This document shows positions 1 through 13,426 of a DNA stretch of 64,000 nucleotides, in pieces (the first letter of the stretch is position 1; every line of letters starts with the position of its first letter). The stretch covers positions 640,001-704,000 of the forward strand of contig CAVPPB010000001.1 of assembly GCA_963707215.1 (NCBI GenBank), written 5' to 3'. Source of the DNA: an uncultured Chloroflexia bacterium (GTDB lineage Bacteria > Chloroflexota > Limnocylindria > Limnocylindrales > CSP1-4). A model generated the notes under the pieces. The model had not been told where the DNA came from. It ran no database searches and was given only the letters and a program-made list of their open reading frames with translations. A program made the translations under genes and the position numbers.

Positions 1-2244
1 CTGCGCCTGGAGCGTCGCGGCCCGGACTTCCGGATCCGCTACCACGAGCATGCCCTGCCCGTCGCCCCGCGCTCGCTCGACACGATCCTGGCAGCTGCCG
101 CCGTCCGGGCGCGGTCCGACGAGCTCGCGTTCCTGGCCGACGGCTACGAGCAGTTGCCGCCATCGGTCGCCACGGAGCCGGCCAGCGTGATCCGACGTCA
201 TCGCGACAAGGGGGTCCTCCGCAAGCTCCTGGCCCGTCTCCTGGAGGAGCGCCCGCGGGTGGGCGAGGCGATCGACTTCGTCGTCGCCGAGGTGAACGCC
301 GATCCCGACGTCCTGGACGCACTCCTGGCCCGTCAGAACTACCGGCTCGCCCACTGGCGCGCCGCCGGCCGCGACCTCGGCTACCGCCGATTCTTCGACG
401 TCACCAGCCTGATCGGCCTGCGGACGGAGGACGAGCTGGTCTTCAGGGACACCCACGGACTGGTCCTTCGTTGGCTGGCGGCCGGTGTCATCGACGGCCT
501 GAGGGTCGACCATCCCGACGGCCTGAGAGACCCGTCGACGTACGTGCGTCGGCTGCGCTCCGCCACCCGGCGTGGCTGGATCGTCGTCGAGAAGATCCTC
601 GAGGACGACGAGCCGCTGCGCGACAGCTGGCCCGTCGACGGGACCACCGGATACGACTTCCTGAAGATCGTCACGGGGGTCCTCGTGGACCCGGCCGGCG
701 AGGGGCCCCTGACGGCCGGCCTCGCGGAGCTGACCGGTGAGGCTCGCCCGTTCGCGGCGATCTCCCGGGAGGCCCGCGGAGCCGCCGTCCGTGACACGCT
801 GGGATCGGACCTCAACCGCCTGACCGCCCGCTTCCTCGAGATCTGCGAAGGCCATCGCCGGCACCGCGACCACACGCGTCACGCGATCCACGAGGCCCTC
901 GCCGAGGTCGCCGCCTCGATGCCCGTCTACCGGACCTACATCCGGGCCGATGCCGGCTGGATCACCCCCTCCGACGAGGCGATCGTGGACCTCGCGATCG
1001 CGACCGCGGCCGAGGCCCGCCCGGACCTCGATCCTGGTCTGCTGGCGTTCCTGGGCGACGTCCTCCGTCTCCGCGTCCGGGGGTCGGCCGAGGCAGACTT
1101 CGTGATGCGCTTCCAGCAGCTCACCGGCGCGGTCATGGCCAAGGGCGTCGAGGACACGGCGTTCTACCGCTACCACCGCCTCGTCGCCCTCAACGAGGTG
1201 GGCGGTGACCCGGCCCGGTTCTCGACGTCCGTCGAGGCGTTCCACGCGGCGAACCTGGAGCGGCTCGCTCGCTGGCCCGACTCGATGCTCACGACCTCCA
1301 CCCATGACACCAAGCGGAGCGAGGACGTCCGGGCCCGGCAGGCCGCCATCTCGGAGCTGCCCGAGCGCTGGCTGACGGCCGCCGCCGACTGGCTGGATCG
1401 GATCGACCCGCTGTGGGGGGACGTCGAGCCGGATCGGGCGATCGGCTACCTGGCCCTCCAGACCCTCGTCGGCGCCTGGCCGATCGACGCCGACCGCCTC
1501 AGCGCCTACCTGCTCAAGGCCGCCCGCGAGGCCAAGGTTCGCACGGCCTGGACGGCCACCGACGCGGCCTACGAGGCAGCCCTCGACCGACTGGCCCGGG
1601 CGCTCGCCGAAGGCCCACGGTTGCTTGACGGGTTCGAGGCGCTGCTCCGACCGATCGTCGCGGCCGGTCGGATCGACTCACTCGCCCAGGCGCTCCTCAA
1701 GCTCACCGCGCCGGGCGTCCCCGACGTCTACCAGGGCACCGAGCTGTGGGACCTGTCCCTGGTGGACCCGGACAACCGCCGGCCGGTCGACTTCGCCCGG
1801 AGAGCGGAGCTGCTCGGCGAGCTGGAGGCCGGCATGGCGGTGCCGGACATCCTCGCCCGGGCGGACGAAGGGCTGCCGAAGCTGTGGCTGGTCCATCGGG
1901 CCCTCCGCCTCCGCCGCGCCAGGCCGTCGTCCTTCGACGGGCGCGGTGCCTACCGACCACTCGTGGCGCGGGGCACCCGGTCCGACCACGTCGTCGCCTA
2001 CGCTCGCGGTGAGGACGTCGTGGCGATCGTGCCGCGCCTGCCGCTGGGGCTGACCGGCGGACGTCCGCGGTCGGACCTGCGCATCCCGGCGGCCCGCTGG
2101 CGCGACACGACGCTCGGGCTTCCCGAGGGGCGCTGGCGGGACCAGCTGACCGGCCGCGAGCATGTCGGCGGCGAGCGCGGGCTCGGTGAGCTGCTGGAGG
2201 CCTTTCCTGTCGCCCTCCTGCTCCGCGACGGGGAGGCCCCGTGA
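1..2244 (+). CDS. treY: malto-oligosyltrehalose synthase (5' truncated by window edge)
   Basis: Frame is open from base 1. Motifs YRRFFDV, GLRVDHPDGL, VEKIL, GTTGYD, AKGVEDTAFYRY, STHDTKRSEDVRAR, LVDPDNRRPVD. Confidence 0.95.
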   Translation: MRLERRGPDFRIRYHEHALPVAPRSLDTILAAAAVRARSDELAFLADGYEQLPPSVATEPASVIRRHRDKGVLRKLLARLLEERPRVGEAIDFVVAEVNADPDVLDALLARQNYRLAHWRAAGRDLGYRRFFDVTSLIGLRTEDELVFRDTHGLVLRWLAAGVIDGLRVDHPDGLRDPSTYVRRLRSATRRGWIVVEKILEDDEPLRDSWPVDGTTGYDFLKIVTGVLVDPAGEGPLTAGLAELTGEARPFAAISREARGAAVRDTLGSDLNRLTARFLEICEGHRRHRDHTRHAIHEALAEVAASMPVYRTYIRADAGWITPSDEAIVDLAIATAAEARPDLDPGLLAFLGDVLRLRVRGSAEADFVMRFQQLTGAVMAKGVEDTAFYRYHRLVALNEVGGDPARFSTSVEAFHAANLERLARWPDSMLTTSTHDTKRSEDVRARQAAISELPERWLTAAADWLDRIDPLWGDVEPDRAIGYLALQTLVGAWPIDADRLSAYLLKAAREAKVRTAWTATDAAYEAALDRLARALAEGPRLLDGFEALLRPIVAAGRIDSLAQALLKLTAPGVPDVYQGTELWDLSLVDPDNRRPVDFARRAELLGELEAGMAVPDILARADEGLPKLWLVHRALRLRRARPSSFDGRGAYRPLVARGTRSDHVVAYARGEDVVAIVPRLPLGLTGGRPRSDLRIPAARWRDTTLGLPEGRWRDQLTGREHVGGERGLGELLEAFPVALLLRDGEAP

Positions 2245-4022
2245 GCTCCCGCCCCCCGGCGCGCGCCGGGGTCCCCGGGGTCTGGGCGCCGGTCGCGGCC
2301 ACGGTCGACCTCGTCCTCGGCGATGAGCGTCGTTCCATGATCCGAGCCGACGACGGCTGGTGGGCCGGCACCGGCGACCCGCTCCCGACCGGGACCGACT
2401 ACGCGTTCAGCGTCGATGGCGGGCCGCCCCGCCCCGACCCGCGGGCGCCCCACCTGCCGGCCGGCGTCCACGGCCCGGCCAGGACCTTGGACCACGAGGC
2501 GTTCCGCTGGACCGACGCCGGCTGGACGCCGCCGCGCCTCGCCGACGGGGTCGTCTACGAGCTGCACGTCGGGACCTTCAGCCCGGAAGGCACCTTCGAC
2601 GGCGCCATCGGGCGGCTGGACCACGTCGTCGACCTCGGCATCAGCCATGTCGAGCTGCTGCCGGTCCACAGCTTCCCCGGGCGGCGTGGCTGGGGCTACG
2701 ACGTGGCCGGCACCTTCGCGCCCCACGAACCGTACGGCGGCCCGGACGGGCTCAAGCGGCTGGTCGACGCCTGCCACCGGCGAGGGCTCGCCGTCCTGCT
2801 CGACGTGGTCTGGAATCATCTCGGACCGGAGGGCAACTACCTGGGCACCTTCGGCCCCTACGTGACCGACCGCTTCCGGACCCCGTGGGGCGGAGCGATC
2901 AACCTCGGCGAGGCGGGGGCCGACGAGGTCCGCCGTTTCATCGTCGACAACGCCCGGATGTGGCTCCGCGACTACCACCTCGACGGGCTCCGCATCGACG
3001 CCGTCCACGCCTTCATCGACCTGACCGCCGTCCACCTCCTCGAGGAGCTGGCGGGCGAGGTCCGCCGCCTCGAAGTCGAGCTCGGCCGCCCGATGGTCCT
3101 CGTCGCCGAGAGCGACCTCAACGACCCGCGTCTGCTGCGCGACCCGGGGCACGGCGGCTACGGCATGGACGCCCAGTGGAGCGACGACTTCCATCACGCC
3201 ATCCACGTGACCCTGACCGACGACCGGGCCGGCTACTACGAGGACTTCCACGGGCTTGCCGACCTGGCTACCGCCCTTGAGCGGGTCTTCGTCTACGAGG
3301 GCGGTCACTCGGCCCATCGCGGCCGGCGCCACGGCCGCCCGGCCGACGGTCTGTCCACCGACCGCTTCCTGGGTTACGCCCAGAACCACGACCAGGTCGG
3401 CAACCGGGCGCTCGGCGAGCGTCTCGTCCATCTCGCGGGTGACCGGGCCGCCCGGGTCGCCGCCGTTCTCGTGCTGGCCGGGCCGTTCGTTCCCCTGCTC
3501 TTCGCCGGCGAGGAGTGGGGAGCATCGACGCCGTTCCGCTTCTTCACCGACTACGGCGACCCAGCGCTCTGGGACGCCGTACGCGAGGGGCGCCGCCGCG
3601 AGTTCGCGGCCTTCGGATGGGATCCCGACGCCATCCCCGACCCGCAGGACCCGGCGACGTTCGAGGCATCCCGCCTGGACTGGGGCGAGCGCGAGCGCCA
3701 GCCGCACGCCGAGCTCCTAGCCTGGCACCGGGACCTCATCCGGCTGCGGCGGGAGCACCCTGACCTGCGCGGTCCGTCCCGTCCGGTCGTCCACGTCGAT
3801 CCGGCCGACGGCACGCTCGTCGTCGAGCGGCCGGGGATCACCGTGGCGGCCAACGTCGGCGACGAGCGGCACACCCTGGGCCTGCCGCCGGGCCACCACC
3901 GGATCCTGGCCGCCTCCGATCCCGACGGCGTCCGTGTCGACGACGCCACCGTCCGCCTGCCGCCGATGAGCGCGGCCATCCTGGCGGTCGGGCCCGAGGG
4001 CGGGTCGGGAGACGGGATTTGA
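2241..4022 (+). CDS. treZ: malto-oligosyltrehalose trehalohydrolase
   Basis: YELHVGTFS, WGYD, DVVWNHLGPEGNYL, GLRIDAVH, QWSDDFHH, QNHDQVGNR; GTGA overlap with treY. Confidence 0.95.
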   Translation: MSSRPPARAGVPGVWAPVAATVDLVLGDERRSMIRADDGWWAGTGDPLPTGTDYAFSVDGGPPRPDPRAPHLPAGVHGPARTLDHEAFRWTDAGWTPPRLADGVVYELHVGTFSPEGTFDGAIGRLDHVVDLGISHVELLPVHSFPGRRGWGYDVAGTFAPHEPYGGPDGLKRLVDACHRRGLAVLLDVVWNHLGPEGNYLGTFGPYVTDRFRTPWGGAINLGEAGADEVRRFIVDNARMWLRDYHLDGLRIDAVHAFIDLTAVHLLEELAGEVRRLEVELGRPMVLVAESDLNDPRLLRDPGHGGYGMDAQWSDDFHHAIHVTLTDDRAGYYEDFHGLADLATALERVFVYEGGHSAHRGRRHGRPADGLSTDRFLGYAQNHDQVGNRALGERLVHLAGDRAARVAAVLVLAGPFVPLLFAGEEWGASTPFRFFTDYGDPALWDAVREGRRREFAAFGWDPDAIPDPQDPATFEASRLDWGERERQPHAELLAWHRDLIRLRREHPDLRGPSRPVVHVDPADGTLVVERPGITVAANVGDERHTLGLPPGHHRILAASDPDGVRVDDATVRLPPMSAAILAVGPEGGSGDGI

Positions 4023-4031
4023 CACGAGCGA

Positions 4032-4081
4032 GGCGCCTCCGTAGGGTCCAGAGCGACCCTACGACCCTGCATGGAGGTGCC
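4032..4081 (+). promoter_or_regulatory. hairpin sequestering the glgE Shine-Dalgarno
   Basis: GGCGCCTCC (4032-4040) is complementary to GGAGGTGCC (4073-4081). Inner GTAGGGTC pairs with GACCCTAC or GACCCTGC. Confidence 0.5.
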
Positions 4082-4083
4082 AT

Positions 4084-6104
<2,021 letters not shown>

Positions 6105-6108
<4 letters not shown>

Positions 6109-9100
6109 CGGCGGCGCGGGCCCCACGGGCCGGCGGCCGCAGTCGCGAGCGACGCCGCCCGTCCGAGGCCGTCGAGCGGACCGGGCGGATCCGGCCCAAC
6201 GGCTTCGAGCCCGATCCCGACTGGTACCAGGACGCGGTCATCTACGAGGTCCACGTCCGGGCGTTCTACGACTCCGACGGCGACGGCATCGGCGACTTCC
6301 GCGGGCTGACCGAGCGACTCGACTACCTCCAGGACCTCGGGGTGACGGTCATCTGGGTGCTGCCGTTCTATCCCTCGCCGGGCAAGGACGACGGCTACGA
6401 CATCGCCGACTACACCGGGGTCAAGCCGGACTACGGATCGCTGCGCGACGTCAAGATCTTCATCCGGGAGGCCCATCGGCGCGGGCTCCGGGTGATCACC
6501 GAGCTCGTCTGCAACCACACCTCCGACGAGCATCCCTGGTTCCAGCGGGCCCGCCGGGCGGCCCCCGGCAACAGCGCGCGCGACTTCTACGTCTGGAGCG
6601 AAAGCCCGGACCGGTACCCCGACGCCCGCATCATCTTCAAGGACTTCGAGAGCTCCAACTGGACCTGGGACCCGGTCGCCGGCGCCTACTTCTGGCATCG
6701 CTTCTACAGCCACCAGCCCGACCTGAACTTCGACAACCCGAAGGTGGGCGAGGCGATCGTGCGGGCGATGGAGTTCTGGCTCGACCTCGGTGTCGACGGC
6801 CTGCGCCTCGACGCCGTGCCCTACCTCTTCGAGCGGGACGGAACCAACGGCGAGAACCTGCCGGAGACCCACGCCTTCCTCAAGGGGCTCCGAGCCCACA
6901 TCGACGATCGCTATGCGGACCGGATGCTCCTGGCCGAGGCCAACCAGTGGCCGGAGGACGCGGTCGCCTACTTCGGCGACGGCGACGAATGCCACATGGC
7001 GTTCCACTTCCCGGTGATGCCGCGGATGTTCATGGCCCTCCGGATGGAGGATCGCTTCCCGATCGTCGATATCATGGAGCAGACCCCGGCGATCCCCGAT
7101 TCGGCCCAGTGGGCGCTCTTCCTCCGCAACCACGACGAGCTGACCCTCGAGATGGTGACCGACGAGGAGCGGGACTACATGTACCGCGTCTACGCGGGCG
7201 ACCCGCAGGCCCGGATCAACCTGGGCATCCGGCGCCGGCTGGCTCCGCTCCTCGGCAACAACCGTCGCCGCATCGAGCTGCTCAACGGCCTCCTCTTCTC
7301 CCTGCCGGGGACGCCGGTCATCTACTACGGCGACGAGATCGGGATGGGCGACAACGTCTACCTCGGCGACCGCGATGGGGTCCGCACCCCGATGCAGTGG
7401 AGCGGTGATCGCAACGCTGGCTTCTCGGTCGGCAACCGGCAGCGGCTCTACCTGCCGATCGTCACCGACCCCGAGTACCACTACGAGGCGGTGAACGTCG
7501 CCGCCCAGCAGGCCAATCCCCACTCCCTCCTCTGGTGGATGAAGCGGATCATCGCCCTGCGCAAGCGCCACCCGGCCTTCGGACGCGGCTCGATCGAGTT
7601 CCTCCACCCGGACAACCGCAAGATCCTGGCCTTCGTCCGGGCGACGGAAGAGGAGACCTTGCTGGTCGTCGCCAACCTGTCGCGCTACTCCCAGTGGACG
7701 CACCTCGACATGGCCCGCTGGGAAGGCCTCCTGCCCGTCGAGCTGTTCGGAGGCGTGGAGTTCCCCAGGATCGGCCGCGAGCCGTGGATGGTCAGCCTGG
7801 GCCCTCACTCGTTCCTCTGGTTCCGCCTGGGCTCGGACGTCGTCTCCTCGGCGATCACGGTGGCCCACGCGACCGAGCTGCCGTCGCTGCCGCGAACGCC
7901 CGATCTCGCCGGGCTGCTGGGCCGCGATCGGCGCGATCGCCTGACGACCGTCCTGCTCGACTGGATGGGGCGGCGGCGCTGGTATCGGGGCAAGGCGCGG
8001 CAGGTCAAATCGGCCTCGATCCTCGAGGGGATCCCGGTCGCGGTCGGGCGACGCGACGGCCTGGCGGTCCTCCTCTCGGTCGGCTACTCGGAGGGTGAGG
8101 AGGAGATCTACAGCCTGCCGCTCATCGCCCTGTCCGCGGAGGAGGCCGGCCTCCTCCTGGCTGACGTTCCGCAGGCCGAGATCGCCCATCTCACGGCCGA
8201 GGGCGAGCCGGCCCAGCTGCTCGTCGATGGGGCCATGGTCCCCGAGTTCGCCGAGGCGCTCCTCGGGATCATCGGCGGACGGCGTCGGATCCGGGGCGGC
8301 ACCGGCGAGCTGGCCGGCCAGCCGAGCCGCGCCTACCGGGCGCTCCGCGGTCCGGCCGATCATCGACTGACCGCCGTCCCGCTGGGCGCCGAGCAGAGCA
8401 ACAGCTCGACCGCCTTTGACGAGCGCCTGATCCTCAAGCTGTTCCGGGCTGTCGAGCCGGGTCTCAACCCGGAGCTCGAGATCGGCCGCTTCCTGGACGA
8501 CCACGGCTTCCGCCACGTCCCCAGGGTGGCCGGGGCCATCGAGTACCGGCGGGGCAAGGGCCATTCCGCGACCGTGGCGATCGCCCAGGAGTACGCGCAG
8601 AACGCCAACGACCTGTGGGCGATGACCAAGGACGAGGCGGCGGCCTTCCTCGAGGTCGTGGGTGCCGAGGCCGAGGAGCCGCCCGAGGCGTCGTTCGGCA
8701 CCGCGGCCCTCGTCCGGGCGTCGGCAGACGAGCTGCCGGCGGTCGCCTATCGACTCTGCGGATCGCACCTCGAGACGGCCCGCCTCCTCGGCGACCGGAC
8801 AGGCGAGCTGCATCGGGTCCTGGCCAGCGACGCCGGCGAGCCCGCGTTCGCTCCGGAGCCGATGACCTCGTTCCACCTGCGATCGCTCTTCCAGGCGATC
8901 CGCGGCCAGGCCGCCGAGTCCTTCCGGCTCCTCCGTCGCCAGCGCGATCGGCTCGACCCCACGCTCCAGGAGCGGGTCGACGAGGTCCTGGCCGCGGCTC
9001 CGAAGGTCGAGGCCCACCTGCGGCCGCTGCTCGAACGCCGGATCGGCGGGATGCGGATCCGGATCCACGGCGACTACCACCTGGGCCAGGTCCTGCACAC

Positions 9101-9515
9101 GGGCAAGGACGTCGTCATCATCGACTTCGAGGGTGAGCCGGCCCGGTCGATCGGCGAGCGACGCCTGAAGCGGCCGGCGCTGACCGACGTCGCCGGGATG
9201 CTGCGATCGTATGACTACGCCGCGTTCGGGGCCCTCGCCGACGAGCGGGCATCCGGGGCCGTGGACGGCGATGCGGCGACGCTCGATCGGTGGACCCGAG
9301 CCTGGTACGACTGGTCGGCCCGGGCCTTCCTCGACGGCTACCGGCGCGCGACTGCCGGGGCGACCTTCCTCCCGGAGGACGACGATGGGTTCGTGGCCCT
9401 GCTCGACGCCCTCCTGCTGTCCAAGGCGGCCTACGAGCTGCGCTACGAGCTGAACAGCCGTCCCGACTGGATCGGGATCCCCCTTGCCGGGATCGAGGAG
9501 CTGCTGGCCGGATGA
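6105..9515 (+). CDS. treS: trehalose synthase-maltokinase fusion (TreS-Mak/Pep2)
   Basis: N-terminal GH13 TreS (WYQDAVIYE, DDGYDIAD, GLRLDAVPY, FLRNHDELTLE). C-terminal maltokinase (EQSNSS, IRIHGDYHLGQ, IIDFEGEP). Start taken as the GTG overlapping the glgE stop; the longer called ORF is a shadow extension. Confidence 0.93.
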
Positions 9516-12500
9516 ACGATCGCCAGGGCATCCGGGCCGCCCGAGCGTCCACGGCCCGGCTCGCGCTCTCCCCGAGCACGTTCGCCCCGGATGGCGCCCT
9601 GCCCCTCGCGAACGTGGCCACGGCCCGGCGGGTCGCCGCCCGGTTCGGCGCCGTGGCTGGTTCGACCGTCCCTTCCGACGTGCTCGGCGGCGAGCTGAAC
9701 GCGTTCGGGATCGTCGACCTGGTCCTGCACCATGTGATCGGCCGATACGTCGAAGAGGTCGCCCCCGATGCCCTCGATGTGGCCGTCGATATCGGCGCGA
9801 CTCGCCTGGGGGTCAGGCCGGTCGCCGACACCCTCGACGGCTACCGGGATGACTTCCCGCTCGACCGTGCGGTCGAGCCGCCGGACGCGGTCGCGGACCT
9901 CCTCCTGACCTGGGTCGCCAACGCCAATCCGGCGACGGCCCCGTTCCGCGAGCTGGTCGACGACCGGCCCCTGGCGTCGACGACGAGCTATCGCGAGCTG
10001 CTCGTCGTCCTGGACCAGCACTTCCGGGATCTGCCGCCATTCGGTCCGGACGAGCAGTCGCTGCTCGACATGCTCCGGGCCCCGGCGCTCGCCTCGCCCG
10101 ACTCGCTGGCCGGCCAGCTCGCCTTCATCCGCGACCGCTGGGGCTCCCTGCTCGGCGATCTGATGGACCGACTCCTCGTGGCGATCGCCGTCCTGGAGGA
10201 GGACGAGCGGGGGCGCTGGATGCGCTTCCACGGCTGGACCGGGGGCGCCGGTGCCCACGCCGGCGCGATCGGGATCGGCCCGGCCCCGGGGAGCGGGGAG
10301 GACGAGCCGGAGCGCTTCTCGGCCGACCGCGACTGGATGCCGCGGGTCGTCATGCTCGCCAAGAGCACCTACGTCTGGCTCGACCAGCTGTCCCGGCACC
10401 ACGGACGCGAGATCCGCACCCTCGACGCCATCCCCGACGAGGAGCTCGACAGGCTCGCTCGCTGGGGGGTGACCGGCCTCTGGCTGATCGGCCTGTGGCA
10501 GCGGAGCCGAGCCTCGGAGCGGATCAAGCGCTGGCGCGGCAATCCCGAGGCGGTGGCCTCGGCCTACTCGCTCGACGAGTACCGGATCGCCGATGACCTC
10601 GGTGGTGAGGCGGCGTGGGCGAACCTGCGTGACCGGGCGTGGGCTCGCGGGATCCGGCTGGCTTCGGACATGGTCCCCAATCACATGGGCATCGACTCGC
10701 GCTGGGTCATCGAGCATCCCGACTGGTTCCTGAGCCTCCGGGAGCCCCCCTACCCGGCCTACACGTTCGACGGCGCCGACCTCGCCGACGATCCGCGGGT
10801 CGCCGTCCGGATCGAGGATCACTACTGGGACGATTCGGACGCCGCGGTCGTCTTCAAGCGTGTCGACGAGGGAAGCGGCGACGTCCGCTACATCTACCAC
10901 GGCAACGACGGCACCTCGATGCCGTGGAACGACACGGCCCAGCTCGACTACTCGCGGGCCGAGGTCCGCGAGGCCGTCATCCAGACGATCCTCGACGTCG
11001 CCCGAAGGTTCCCGATCATCCGCTTCGACGCGGCGATGACCCTCGCCCGAAAGCACATCCAGCGGCTCTGGTTCCCGCTACCCGGGGCCGGTGGCGCGAT
11101 CCCGTCGCGGGCCGAGCACGCCATGACCCAGGCCGCCTTCGACGCCGCGATCCCCGTCGAGTTCTGGCGCGAGGTGGTCGACCGGGTCGCCGCCGAGGTC
11201 CCCGACACGCTGCTCCTCGCCGAGGCCTTCTGGCTCATGGAGGGCTACTTCGTCCGGACGCTCGGGATGCACCGGGTCTACAACAGCGCCTTCATGAACA
11301 TGCTCCGCGACGAGGACAACACCGGTTACCGGCGGGTCATCAAGAACACCCTCGAGTTCGACCCCGAGATCCTGAAGCGCTACGTCAACTTCATGAACAA
11401 CCCCGACGAGAAGACCGCGGTCGAGCAGTTCGGCAAGGGCGACAAGTACTTCGGGGTGGCTACGCTGATGGCGACGCTGCCCGGCCTGCCGATGTTCGGC
11501 CACGGCCAGGTCGAGGGCTTCGCCGAGAAGTACGGCATGGAGTACCGCCGCGCCTACCTCGACGAGGAGCGCGACCACTGGCTCGTCGAGCGCCACGAGC
11601 GCGAGCTGTTCCCGCTCTTCCATCGGCGCGGCCAGTTCGCCGAGGTCCGCGACTTCCTGCTCTACGACGTCGTCGACGACGGGGGCGGCGTGCTGGAGGA
11701 CGTCTACGCCTTCTCGAACGGCCGCGGGACCGAGCGGTCCCTGGTCGTCTTCCACAACCGCTACGCCTCGGTGGCCGGCCGGATCCGCAATTCCGTCACC
11801 TACGCGAGCTCGGTCGAAGGCGGCAAGCGGCCCACCCGCCGGACCCTGGCCGAGGGCTGGGGGCTCGCCGACGACCCGGCCGGCCTGGTCCGCTTCCGCG
11901 ATCTGGTCAGCGGCCTCGAGTACCTGCACCGAGTGGGTGAGATCCGGGAGCGCGGCCTCGCGTTCCGCCTCGAGGCCTACGGGCGACGGGTCTTCCTCGA
12001 CGTGGTCGAGGTCCACGACGGGGCCGCCGGTCTGTGGGGACGCCTGGCCGACCGCCTCGGCGGCCAGGGCGTGCCGTCGCTCGACGGGGCGATGCGGACG
12101 CTGGAGCTGGAGCCGGTCCATGCCGCGCTCCGCCGCGTCCTCGAGGGCGAGACGGCCCGGACGGTCGCGGCGGCCCTTGAGCCGGTCACCACGGGAGCCA
12201 GCGCGGCGGCTGGTCCTGGCCCGATGGCGCCCGAGGGATCCCCGATGGCCGGGCTGGATCGATCTGCCCTGGCGCCGGTCGGCGGACCCGACGGAGGCCG
12301 AACGGACGCCGGCCCGACCGAGACCGTGCCCGCGGCACCGAGCGCCGGCGTTCCGCCGCGGCCCGGGCCGGGCGCCGTCGAGGCGGCCCTGGCGGACCTT
12401 GCCGCGCGGCAGGCCGGCTTCCTCCGGGCCGTCGCCGACGCGACGGGCACCTCCGGCGACCCCGCACCGATCGTCGTAGCCTCCACGGAGAGGCTGGTCC

Positions 12501-13090
12501 GGGCCGTCCGCGCGGCCGAACGGGCCGGGGAGACGCCATCGCCCAACGCCGATCCGCTCACGGAGCGGCTCGGCGATCCGGGCGATCGGGCGGCCCTGCT
12601 GGGCTGGTCCATGATCGGCGAGCTGGGCCGCCTGGCCCCGGCCGCCGACCCGGAGGCCACGACCCGGGCCTGGACGGCCGAACTCCAGCTGGTGCCGCCG
12701 CTCGCCGAGGGCCTGCGCGCGATGGTGGCCGATGAGGGGGTCGCCTGGCGGGCCGCCGAGCAGACCGTCGCCCTCGCGGCCCTGCCGGACCCCGCGGCCC
12801 CATCAGGGCCCCGCGGCGCCACAGGACTGCTGGAGCGATGGCTGGCCGCACCGGCGGTCCGACGGCTGCTCGGGGTCAACACCTGGGAGGGCGTGGAGTG
12901 GCTGTCGGCCGACGGCCTCCTGGCGGTCGCCGGCTGGACGCGAGCCCTTGCCGCCCTCCGAGCCATCGGACCGTCCCGGACCGCGACGCTGGACGCCGAC
13001 CTCGAGGCGATCGGCGGGGCGGCCGCGACCGCCGGCTATCGGCTCGCCGAGACCCGCGCCGTGCTGGCAGCCGGGGAGCCGACGCCATAG
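9512..13090 (+). CDS. large GH13 alpha-amylase family glycoside hydrolase
   Basis: SDMVPNH, IRFDAAM, LLAEAFW, FMNNPDE; ATGA overlap with the treS stop. Confidence 0.85.
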   Translation: MNDRQGIRAARASTARLALSPSTFAPDGALPLANVATARRVAARFGAVAGSTVPSDVLGGELNAFGIVDLVLHHVIGRYVEEVAPDALDVAVDIGATRLGVRPVADTLDGYRDDFPLDRAVEPPDAVADLLLTWVANANPATAPFRELVDDRPLASTTSYRELLVVLDQHFRDLPPFGPDEQSLLDMLRAPALASPDSLAGQLAFIRDRWGSLLGDLMDRLLVAIAVLEEDERGRWMRFHGWTGGAGAHAGAIGIGPAPGSGEDEPERFSADRDWMPRVVMLAKSTYVWLDQLSRHHGREIRTLDAIPDEELDRLARWGVTGLWLIGLWQRSRASERIKRWRGNPEAVASAYSLDEYRIADDLGGEAAWANLRDRAWARGIRLASDMVPNHMGIDSRWVIEHPDWFLSLREPPYPAYTFDGADLADDPRVAVRIEDHYWDDSDAAVVFKRVDEGSGDVRYIYHGNDGTSMPWNDTAQLDYSRAEVREAVIQTILDVARRFPIIRFDAAMTLARKHIQRLWFPLPGAGGAIPSRAEHAMTQAAFDAAIPVEFWREVVDRVAAEVPDTLLLAEAFWLMEGYFVRTLGMHRVYNSAFMNMLRDEDNTGYRRVIKNTLEFDPEILKRYVNFMNNPDEKTAVEQFGKGDKYFGVATLMATLPGLPMFGHGQVEGFAEKYGMEYRRAYLDEERDHWLVERHERELFPLFHRRGQFAEVRDFLLYDVVDDGGGVLEDVYAFSNGRGTERSLVVFHNRYASVAGRIRNSVTYASSVEGGKRPTRRTLAEGWGLADDPAGLVRFRDLVSGLEYLHRVGEIRERGLAFRLEAYGRRVFLDVVEVHDGAAGLWGRLADRLGGQGVPSLDGAMRTLELEPVHAALRRVLEGETARTVAAALEPVTTGASAAAGPGPMAPEGSPMAGLDRSALAPVGGPDGGRTDAGPTETVPAAPSAGVPPRPGPGAVEAALADLAARQAGFLRAVADATGTSGDPAPIVVASTERLVRAVRAAERAGETPSPNADPLTERLGDPGDRAALLGWSMIGELGRLAPAADPEATTRAWTAELQLVPPLAEGLRAMVADEGVAWRAAEQTVALAALPDPAAPSGPRGATGLLERWLAAPAVRRLLGVNTWEGVEWLSADGLLAVAGWTRALAALRAIGPSRTATLDADLEAIGGAAATAGYRLAETRAVLAAGEPTP

Positions 13091-13139
13091 CGCGTCGCGG
13101 GGGCTCCCGGGAACGACGAGCCCGCGTCGGGTCGGACGT

Positions 13140-13400
13140 CGACCGACCCTTGCCGTGGTCGCCTCGGTGGCGGTGACTCGAGGGCCACGAGCCGGCGGGC
13201 GTCCTCGACGGCCGCATCGTCGTCGACGGGGAGCCACAGCCAGCGACCGTCGGGGTAGGCCTTCGCACCGGCGAGGGCCTCGGCGATCGGCGGACCGAGC
13301 TCGCCCGCCGCGACCGCGGTCTCCACGCCAGCCGCGACCCACGGCCCGACGAGGAGCACCCGGAAGGAACCGTCGTGCGGCAGGAGCGGCAGGCGCGAGC
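13140..13400 (-). pseudogene. probable DUF3788-like gene remnant
   Basis: LLPHDGSFRVLLV...AKAYPDGRWLWLPVDDDAAVEDARRLVAL resembles the DUF3788 C-terminal half; no start codon or N-terminal half evident. Confidence 0.4.
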
Positions 13401-13426
13401 GGCCGGACCGCCCGGATCCCCCGGCG

